From Vicinamibacterales bacterium (GTDB lineage: Bacteria > Acidobacteriota > Vicinamibacteria > Vicinamibacterales > 2-12-FULL-66-21): a stretch of 64,000 nucleotides of DNA. This document shows, piece after piece, positions 27,818 to 34,813 of this stretch. Each line of letters opens with the position of its first letter. Position 1 is the stretch's first letter. Made by a program: the position numbers and the translations under genes. The notes below the pieces were generated by a model. It saw only the letters and a list, made by a program, of their open reading frames with translations. It was not told where the DNA came from and ran no database searches. The stretch lies in the NCBI GenBank assembly GCA_035575695.1, contig DATLXP010000016.1:8125-72124 (forward strand), given 5' to 3'.

Positions 27818-28932
27818 AGCGGGAACTGCTCCAGGAAGCGCAGGTCGTTCTCGTAGAACAGGCGGATGTTCTCGACCCCCCACTTGAGCAGGGCGACGCG
27901 CTCGATCCCCATGCCGAAGGCGAAGCCCGTGTACTTCTCCGGGTCGTACCCCACGGCTTCGAACACGGCAGGATGCACCATGCCGCTGCCCAGAATTTCG
28001 ATCCAGCCCGTTCGCTTGCACATCGCACACCCGCCTTCGCTCGTGCCGAGCTTCGGCGAGGCAGGCCCGCCGTCGCTCGTGCCGAGCTTCGGCGAGGCCA
28101 TGCCCGTTCCACGGCACACGGCGCAGCTGATGTCCACTTCGGCGCTGGGCTCCGTGTACGGAAAAAAACTGGGGCGGAAGCGGACCTTGCGGTCCTGTCC
28201 GAACAGCTCCCGTACGAACTGGTCCAGCGTGCCTTTCAGGTCCGCCAGCGTCACGTGCTCGCCGACGACGAGCCCTTCCACTTGCGTGAACATCGGCGTG
28301 TGCGTCAGGTCGAGGTTGTCACGGCGGTACACGCGCCCGGGCGCAATGAGCCGGACCGGGGGCTGGTGCGTTTCCATGTACCGGATCTGCATACCGGACG
28401 TATGGGTGCGCAGGAGCGTGGCCGGCGAGCCGGCCGACGATCGCACCGGGGACGACAGGTAGAGGGTGTCCTGCATGTCGCGCGCGGGATGCTCCGCGGG
28501 CATATTGAGCGCTTCGAAGTTGTGGTAATCGTCCTCGAGCTCGGGACCCTCGATGACCAGGAAGCCCATGCGCGTGAAGATGGCCTCGATGCGCTCGCGC
28601 AGGAGGGACAACGGATGGCGATGTCCGAGCGCGGGCGAACGGCCCGGCAGGGTGACGTCGACGGCCCCTGTGGGCGGGCGAGATTGTGCGGCACGCGCGA
28701 CCGCGTCATCCAGGCGCGACTCGATGGTCTGTTTGAGCGAATTGGCGAGTTGACCCAGGCGGGGGCGGTCCTCCGCGGGAGCGGAGCCGGCCGCCTTCAG
28801 GACGGCCGAGACCAGCCCTCCCTTGCGCGCCAGGTAGCGATCCCTGATGGCACGCAGTTCTGCCTCGCTCGCGGCCGACGCGAGGTCGCTCTCGAACTGT
28901 GCTCGGAGGGAATCGATGGTGGAGTCGGACAT
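27814..28932 (-). CDS. pheS: Phenylalanine--tRNA ligase alpha subunit with a 24-aa repeat insertion between its two CxxC motifs
   Basis: 372 aa. FPYTEPSAEVD, GWIEILGSGMVHP, FGMGIERVALL. Confidence 0.95.
   Translation of the reverse strand: MSDSTIDSLRAQFESDLASAASEAELRAIRDRYLARKGGLVSAVLKAAGSAPAEDRPRLGQLANSLKQTIESRLDDAVARAAQSRPPTGAVDVTLPGRSPALGHRHPLSLLRERIEAIFTRMGFLVIEGPELEDDYHNFEALNMPAEHPARDMQDTLYLSSPVRSSAGSPATLLRTHTSGMQIRYMETHQPPVRLIAPGRVYRRDNLDLTHTPMFTQVEGLVVGEHVTLADLKGTLDQFVRELFGQDRKVRFRPSFFPYTEPSAEVDISCAVCRGTGMASPKLGTSDGGPASPKLGTSEGGCAMCKRTGWIEILGSGMVHPAVFEAVGYDPEKYTGFAFGMGIERVALLKWGVENIRLFYENDLRFLEQFPL
28031..28102. repeat. In-frame tandem duplication, 2 x 36 nt, inside pheS
   Basis: Units 28031-28066 and 28067-28102 share CCGCC(T/G)TCGCTCGTGCCGAGCTTCGGCGAGGC. 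Each contains the small palindrome GCCGA-GCT-TCGGC. Confidence 0.9.
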
Positions 28933-28936
28933 GGTC

Positions 28937-29002
28937 GGTTCACGGTTCCGGGTTCACGGTTCACGGTTCGAACCCGGAACCCTGAACCCTGAACCGTGAA
29001 CC
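28937..29002. repeat. 66-nt imperfect palindrome built from five GGTTCNN heptamers followed by five NNGAACC heptamers, in the rplT-pheS intergenic region
   Basis: Hand pairing about the centre GGTTC|GAACC gives 28 of 33 arm positions paired. Confidence 0.85.
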
Positions 29003-29005
29003 GAA

Positions 29006-29440
29006 TTACGCTCTCGCCTCTGCTGCCGCCCGCGCCTTCGGACGCGCGGCCTTCGCCGTGCCTGCCGCGGGACGCTTCGTTGCGGACGGCTTCGCATCGG
29101 ACGCGGCCTTGGCGAGGATCGCAAACGCGGCCGGCGAATTGACGGCGAGGTCAGCGAGCTGCTTCCGGTCGATCGGATTTCCGGCCGCCTTCAGGCCGGC
29201 GATCATCTGGCCGTACGTCAGGCCGTTCTCGCGCGCGGCCGCGTTGATCCGCGTCACCCAGAGGCGGCGGAAGTCACGCTTCTTGCGTCGGCGGCCGACG
29301 AAGGCGTACTTGAGCGCGGTATCGACCGACTCTTTCGCGGCGCGATAGAGCTTGCTCTTGGTCTGGTAGAACCCTTTTGCACGCGAGAGAAGCTTCTTGC
29401 GCTTCGCCCGGCGGACATTTCCTCTTTTTACTCTCGGCAT
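29006..29440 (-). CDS. rplT: 50S ribosomal protein L20 with an Ala/Lys-rich C-terminal extension
   Basis: 144 aa. MPRVKRG...[19 protein letters not shown]. Confidence 0.95.
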   Translation of the reverse strand: MPRVKRGNVRRAKRKKLLSRAKGFYQTKSKLYRAAKESVDTALKYAFVGRRRKKRDFRRLWVTRINAAARENGLTYGQMIAGLKAAGNPIDRKQLADLAVNSPAAFAILAKAASDAKPSATKRPAAGTAKAARPKARAAAEARA

Positions 29441-29452
29441 CGTCGTTCCTTC

Positions 29453-29644
29453 TTACGGGAGCATCAGTCGAAGCTTGGCCTGGTCGGCCGGCGATACGAC
29501 GACCGTACCCTTGAGGCCGCGCTTGCGGCTGCGGGATTTGCTCGTCAGGATGTGCTGTTTGAAGGCCTTGCTCCGGACGAATTTTCCGGTCCCGGTCTTC
29601 TTGAACCGCTTGGCGGCCCCTTTGTGCGTCTTCAGTTTCGGCAT
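29453..29644 (-). CDS. rpmI: 50S ribosomal protein L35
   Basis: 63 aa. [21 protein letters not shown]. Confidence 0.95.
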   Translation of the reverse strand: MPKLKTHKGAAKRFKKTGTGKFVRSKAFKQHILTSKSRSRKRGLKGTVVVSPADQAKLRLMLP

Positions 29645-29655
29645 CGTCTTGTTCT

Positions 29656-30237
29656 CTACTCGGTTTCCGCCGCTTTTTCTTCCCGCTTGGGCGCGGCCTT
29701 CTTGCCGGCCTTCTGCGACAGGATCGTGTGCATTTGATTGCCCTCCTGCCGCGGCGCCGTTTCCGCTACCGCCACTTCCCCCAGCTCGCCGATCAGCCGT
29801 TCAAGGATGCGGCGGCCGATTTCCGGATGCGCCATCTCGCGTCCCCGAAAAAATATCGTCGCCTTGACCTTGTCTCCTTCGGCGAGGAAGCGCTCGATGT
29901 GCTTCTTCTTGAAGTTGTAATCGTGCTCGTCGACCTTTGGCCGGAACTTGATCTCCTTGACCTCGATCACCTTCTGGTGCTTCTTGGCCGTCCGGGCGCG
30001 CTTCTGCTCCTGGTACTGGTAGCGGCCGAAGTCCATGATGCGACAGACCGGCGGCACCGCCGTCGCGGCGATTTCGACCAGGTCGAGCCCCTTGCCACGC
30101 GCGATGGTCAGCGCCTGCTGGGGAGGCATGATGCCGAGCTGCTGTCCGGTGTCGTCGATGACGCGCACCTCGCGAACCCTGATTCGTTCGTTTACCCGGG
30201 TGCGGTCATCCCGCCGCGGGCTTCGGTCAAAAGCGAT
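29656..30237 (-). CDS. infC: Translation initiation factor IF-3, probable non-canonical AUC start
   Basis: The track ORF (GTG 30168) lacks the conserved N-terminal [14 protein letters not shown] region. That region is in frame upstream. ATC at 30237 follows GGAGG by 5 nt, and an in-frame stop lies 4 codons upstream of it. Confidence 0.8.
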   Translation of the reverse strand: MAFDRSPRRDDRTRVNERIRVREVRVIDDTGQQLGIMPPQQALTIARGKGLDLVEIAATAVPPVCRIMDFGRYQYQEQKRARTAKKHQKVIEVKEIKFRPKVDEHDYNFKKKHIERFLAEGDKVKATIFFRGREMAHPEIGRRILERLIGELGEVAVAETAPRQEGNQMHTILSQKAGKKAAPKREEKAAETE

Positions 30238-30264
30238 AACGGCCTCCGTTCAAACTGTCCACGT

Positions 30265-32217
30265 TCAGAGCGCGGCGGTCAACGCGACAGGCCCGGCCGT
30301 CCGGCCGGACACTTCCCGTTGCGCATGGCCGATGAACTCGTCGACGCGCTGCGAGCCGAGGTCCCCCTGCGCGCGGTGGCGGACCGACACCGATCCCTCG
30401 GCGGTCTCGCGGTCGCCGGCTACCAGCATATAGGGGATCTTCTGCAGTTGAGCCTCGCGAATCTTATATCCGATCTTTTCCTGGCGATCGTCGAGCCGCG
30501 CCTGGAGGCCGGCGCCGCTCAGCCGCCCGACAACCGCCCGCGCGTACTCCTGGTGACGATCGGCGATCGGCAAGACCGTCACCTGCACGGGCGCCAGCCA
30601 CAACGGGAACGCCCCGGCATAGTGTTCGATCAGCAGAGCGATGAACCGCTCGAAACTGCCGAAAATCGCGCGGTGGATGACGACCGGGCGATGCTCGGCG
30701 TTGTCGGCCCCCACGTATTTCAGGTCGAAGCGCTCCGGCATCTGATAATCGAGCTGGATCGTGGCGCACTGCCACTTGCGGCCGATCGCATCGGTGATGT
30801 CGAAATCGATTTTCGGTCCGTAGAAGGCGCCGTCGCCCGCGTTGACGGTGTAGGCCTGTCCGGCGGCCTCGAGCGCCTGCGTAAGCGACGCTTCCGCGCG
30901 GTCCCAGGTCGCCACCTCGCCGAGGAACTCGGCAGGCCGCGTGGAGAGCTTCGCCTCGTACTCGAGACCGAAGTCACCGTACACGCGCTGCACGAGCTTG
31001 AGCAGCGCCTCGACTTCCGAGGCGATCTGGCCTTCGGTGACGAAACAATGCGCGTCGTCCTGCGAGAACTGGCGGACGCGGGTGAGACCGGTGAGCACCC
31101 CTGAGGCCTCGTTGCGGTGCAGCGGCGTCTGCTCGTGATAGCGCAGCGGCAGGTCGCGATAGCTGCGCATCTCGCTCCCGAACACGAGCATGTGGCCAGG
31201 GCAGTTCATCGCCTTCATGCCCATCTGCTCGTTCTCGGACTCGATGACGAACATGTTCTGGCGGTAGTGCTGCCAGTGGCCCGATGTCTCCCACAACGCC
31301 TTGTTGTAAACGAGCGGGGTCTTGAGCTCCACGTAGCCGGCGGGGAAGAGCACGTCGCGCATGTAGTTGGCGAGCGTGTTGTAGAGCGTCGTGCCCTTAT
31401 CGAGCCAGAACGTCGAGCCCGGGGCCCACTGGTGGAAGGTGAAGAGGCCCAGGTCCTTACCGACCTTGCGGTGGTCCCGCTTCTTCGCTTCTTCGATCCG
31501 CTCGAGGTGGGCCTGGAGCTCCTTCTCGCTGAAGAACGCCGTGCCGTAGATGCGCTGCATCGGCTGGTTCTTCGCGTCCCCCTTCCAGTAGGCGTTGGAG
31601 GTTGACAGGAGTTTGAAGCCCTTGAGGCGACCGCTCGACGGCACGTGCGGCCCGACGCAGAAATCCACGAAGGTGTCGCGGTCCTTGATCGTGTAGCAGG
31701 TCACCTCGGGCAGGCCCTCGGTCTTCTCGTCGATCAGCTGGACCTTGAGCGGTTCGCCACGCCCGGAGAAGTACTGCTTCGCCTCGTCGCGCTTCCACAT
31801 CTGCCGCTCGTAGGGCAGGTCCTGCGCGGCCATGGCCTTCATCTTCTTCTCGATAGCCTCGAGATCGTCCGGGACGAAGGGGCGATCGACGATGAAGTCG
31901 TAGAAGAACCCCTCGTCGGTGGCGGGCCCGATGCCGCACTGCGCGTTGGGGAAGAGGTTCGTCACGGCCGCCGCCAGCAGGTGCGCGGTGCTGTGCCGGT
32001 AGACGTGCAGCGCCTCGGGACTCTCCTGCGTGATGACCCGCACGCGCGCGTCCTGCTCCATGGGGTACGAGAGATCAACCAGGCGGTCATCGACCGCCGC
32101 GGCGAGCGCCGCCTTCGCCAGGCGTGGCGAAATGGCAAGCGCCACCGCGCCGGGCGTAGTTCCGGCGGGCACACGACGGTTGGATCCGTCTGGGAGCGTG
32201 ACGGTGATCTCGTGCAT
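30265..32217 (-). CDS. thrS: Threonine--tRNA ligase
   Basis: 650 aa. It has a TGS N-terminus (ITVTLPDGS), then HRDLPLR and FYGPKIDF. Confidence 0.95.
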   Translation of the reverse strand: MHEITVTLPDGSNRRVPAGTTPGAVALAISPRLAKAALAAAVDDRLVDLSYPMEQDARVRVITQESPEALHVYRHSTAHLLAAAVTNLFPNAQCGIGPATDEGFFYDFIVDRPFVPDDLEAIEKKMKAMAAQDLPYERQMWKRDEAKQYFSGRGEPLKVQLIDEKTEGLPEVTCYTIKDRDTFVDFCVGPHVPSSGRLKGFKLLSTSNAYWKGDAKNQPMQRIYGTAFFSEKELQAHLERIEEAKKRDHRKVGKDLGLFTFHQWAPGSTFWLDKGTTLYNTLANYMRDVLFPAGYVELKTPLVYNKALWETSGHWQHYRQNMFVIESENEQMGMKAMNCPGHMLVFGSEMRSYRDLPLRYHEQTPLHRNEASGVLTGLTRVRQFSQDDAHCFVTEGQIASEVEALLKLVQRVYGDFGLEYEAKLSTRPAEFLGEVATWDRAEASLTQALEAAGQAYTVNAGDGAFYGPKIDFDITDAIGRKWQCATIQLDYQMPERFDLKYVGADNAEHRPVVIHRAIFGSFERFIALLIEHYAGAFPLWLAPVQVTVLPIADRHQEYARAVVGRLSGAGLQARLDDRQEKIGYKIREAQLQKIPYMLVAGDRETAEGSVSVRHRAQGDLGSQRVDEFIGHAQREVSGRTAGPVALTAAL

Positions 32218-32248
32218 GAAAAAAAAGCGGAAAGGCCCCAGATGGGCT

Positions 32249-32325
32249 TGGTAGGCACGGGCAGACTCGAACTGCCGACCTCCTGCGTGTCAGGCAGGCG
32301 CTCTAACCAACTGAGCTACGCGCCT
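32249..32325 (-). tRNA. tRNA-Val (anticodon GAC), CCA encoded
   Basis: The minus strand reads AGGCGCGTAGCTCAGTTGGTTAGAGCGCCTGCCTGACACGCAGGAGGTCGGCAGTTCGAGTCTGCCCGTGCCTACCA. I hand-folded a 7-bp acceptor (one G.U), anticodon stem CCTGC/GCAGG with loop CTGACAC, and T-arm GGCAG-TTCGAGT-CTGCC. Confidence 0.92.
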
Positions 32326-32411
32326 ATGTTACGGAAACACTGGCCTTACCGAAACAGTGAGTCTAACACAGAGCCCACCGTGCAGAGTAGGCCCGACCCT
32401 CACGCCTGGCG

Positions 32412-33659
32412 CTAGGCGGCCTTTTTGCGGGCGAGCCGCGTCAGCGCGGCGTCGAGCACCGGATCGGTGGTGGGCGCAGGCGCGCCGAACTCCACGTCCG
32501 GCTCCGCGACCTCCAGATCCGGCGTGAGGCCCACGCCGTGGATCGCCTTGCCGGCCGGATTCAGATAGCGAGCGTAGGTCAGCCAGAGGCCGCGATTCTC
32601 CGGCAGCTTGACGAGCTTCTGCACTCCAGCCCGTCCGATCGTCGACTCCCCGATCAACTCCGCGCGGTTGTTGCCGTCGAGGGCGGCCGCGAACACTTCC
32701 GCCGCGCCTGCGGTCCCCGCGGCGACGAGCACCACGGCCGGCAGCTCCACGGCTCCATCTCCGTCAGCGGCGGTGAACCTGGTCGCCCCCACGGTGAGGT
32801 CCCGCTTGTCCTCCTGCGGGCGTGCGCCCGGGACAGGTTGCTTCGCGGCTTCCGCGATACGGATGCCCTGGTAGGCCAGCACGCCGGTCTTCACGAAGAG
32901 CCGCGCGGTGGCGATCCCATCGTCTATCGATCCCTCCGCCGTGCGGCGGACGTCGATCACCAGCGACTGCGCGCCGGATCTGGCGAGCTCGCCGGCGCGG
33001 CGTTTCACGTCTGAGGAGGTCGTGGCGGTGAAGGCCGGAATCCGGATGTAGCCGGTGTTGCCCGCGAGCATTTTCGCGGTGACCATCGGCGTCGCTTTTT
33101 CGCGGACGAGGACGACGTCGTGCGGTTCGGCAGCATTGCCACGGATGACGGTGAGCGTGACCTTCGAGCCGGGCTGGCCTCGCAGCAGCCGCACCCCTTC
33201 GAAGACGGACATGTCACGTGTCGGCTTTCCGTCGATCGCGCGCACGTAGTCGCCGCTCTGCAGGCCGGCCTTCGCGGCGGGCGAGTGGTCACGGGCCGCG
33301 ATGACGCGCAGGTAGAAAGTGCGGGTCAGTTCGATGCCGAGGTCCCCCTCGGGCCGTGACGCGGCGCTCTCGACCATCCGCACCTGGGCCGCCGTGAGGT
33401 ACGCGCTATCGGGGTCGAGCCCTTCGGCCAGGCCGCGCATCGCACCCTCCATCACCCTGTCGGTCTTCACTTCTTCGACGTAATTCGACATGACGAGCGA
33501 CACGACATCTTCGAAGACCCGCAGGTGCTGCACGGTCTGGTCATCGCCGCGCGCCGCCGCCTTGTTCCCCATCAGACCGCCGATGATCACAAAGGCGAGG
33601 ATCGGGGTGGAAATCAGCAGGACCGACAGGCGTGTCTTGAAAGTCATTTCTTCAGCCAT
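32412..33659 (-). CDS. S41 (C-terminal processing peptidase) homologue, predicted catalytically inactive
   Basis: 415 aa with an N-terminal TM helix, a PDZ domain (GLQSGDYVRAIDG) and an S41 core. The core reads GTAGAAE instead of GSASASE and TIGRAG instead of TFGKG. Confidence 0.8.
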   Translation of the reverse strand: MAEEMTFKTRLSVLLISTPILAFVIIGGLMGNKAAARGDDQTVQHLRVFEDVVSLVMSNYVEEVKTDRVMEGAMRGLAEGLDPDSAYLTAAQVRMVESAASRPEGDLGIELTRTFYLRVIAARDHSPAAKAGLQSGDYVRAIDGKPTRDMSVFEGVRLLRGQPGSKVTLTVIRGNAAEPHDVVLVREKATPMVTAKMLAGNTGYIRIPAFTATTSSDVKRRAGELARSGAQSLVIDVRRTAEGSIDDGIATARLFVKTGVLAYQGIRIAEAAKQPVPGARPQEDKRDLTVGATRFTAADGDGAVELPAVVLVAAGTAGAAEVFAAALDGNNRAELIGESTIGRAGVQKLVKLPENRGLWLTYARYLNPAGKAIHGVGLTPDLEVAEPDVEFGAPAPTTDPVLDAALTRLARKKAA

Positions 33660-34813
33660 TGTAAGGGATCGACCGGCTTACCGTCGACGCGTAACTCGAA
33701 GTACAGCGCGGGGTTGCCGCCGGGGTTGCGCCCGGAGAGCCCGATCCTGGCCTGGGGCTCCACGCGGTCTCCCTTCGTGACGGACGCCGTCGACAGATGG
33801 CCGTAGAGGGAGTGCGCTCCGTCGCCGTGGTCCACGATCACGAGGTTCCCGTATCCGGTGAATGGCGCCGCAAACGACACGATTCCCTCGTGGATCGCCT
33901 GTACGGGGCGCCCTTCCGCAAGAGAGATCTCGATCCCGTTTCGCGCGGTCTCGATACCGCCGCGACCTGTCCGGCGGCCAAAGCGGCTGAGCACGATGCC
34001 GTCGGCCGGCCAGGCGATGGTGCCTCGGAAAGGCCTGAGCGGCAGGGTGACCGTGCCGGGCCGCCCACTTCCTCCCTGTCCGATCGACGCCTGCAACCTC
34101 TGCTGGGCCCGTTCGAGCTCGTCAGCCAGTTGGGCGGTGAGGTCGCGTCGTTCGTCGATCGACGCGACCAGGGCGGTTCGGGCGGATACGGCGCGCTCAA
34201 TGGATGCGTGCGCCGTCGCGGCCTGCTCCTGCAGCGTCGCGACCTGACGGGCACGCTCCTCGAGCGCGATCCGCTCGCGTGCGAGCGCCGTCAGGGTCTG
34301 TTCGTGCCGGCGCACGCGGTCGCCATCCAGCTGCGTGAGGGCCGCTGCCGTCCGATAGGCCCGTCCCATCGTTCTCACATCATCCACGTCGAGGAGCAGG
34401 CGCCAGTACCCCGCGCGCCCCATCTTGTAGAGCCGGACGAATCGCGCCTCGACGTCCGGCCGCTCGGTGTCGGCCGCTTCGCGCAACGCGGCGGCGCGGC
34501 TGATCGCGTCGGCCAGCTGCGCCTGGGTTGTGCGGAGGTCCAGTTGGACGCGGCCCAGTTCGTCGGTCTTGAGCTGTCGTTCGATCTCGAGCGTTCGAAG
34601 CTCCGCCAGCAGGGATTGTCCACGCGTGGAGAGGTCCTCGGCTTCGCGCCGAAGGGCCCGGAGTCGCTCGCCGGCGCGCTGGGACGCGGATTCCGCGGGC
34701 GCGGCGGGGGACTGCCCACGGGTGTCAACTTGAAGCGCACACAGGGCACCAAGCACACCAAGAACAACGACCAGGGACCTGGTGTGCACCGACCCCGTCA
34801 GCCGGTTCACCAC
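33644..34813 (-). CDS. EnvC-like murein hydrolase activator (coiled coil plus degenerate LytM/M23 domain)
   Basis: 389 aa with a signal/TM segment and a long coiled coil. In the LytM domain HxGxD reads RNGIE and HLHFE reads ALYFE. Confidence 0.8.
   Translation of the reverse strand: MVNRLTGSVHTRSLVVVLGVLGALCALQVDTRGQSPAAPAESASQRAGERLRALRREAEDLSTRGQSLLAELRTLEIERQLKTDELGRVQLDLRTTQAQLADAISRAAALREAADTERPDVEARFVRLYKMGRAGYWRLLLDVDDVRTMGRAYRTAAALTQLDGDRVRRHEQTLTALARERIALEERARQVATLQEQAATAHASIERAVSARTALVASIDERRDLTAQLADELERAQQRLQASIGQGGSGRPGTVTLPLRPFRGTIAWPADGIVLSRFGRRTGRGGIETARNGIEISLAEGRPVQAIHEGIVSFAAPFTGYGNLVIVDHGDGAHSLYGHLSTASVTKGDRVEPQARIGLSGRNPGGNPALYFELRVDGKPVDPLQWLKK

Noticed and set aside
32218-32248. 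Canonical rho-independent terminator or T-box leader between tRNA-Val and thrS
   Set aside because: The only stem is 4 bp and is separated from the U8 run by 8 nt. 31 nt is far too short for a T-box, and no specifier or antiterminator structure is possible.
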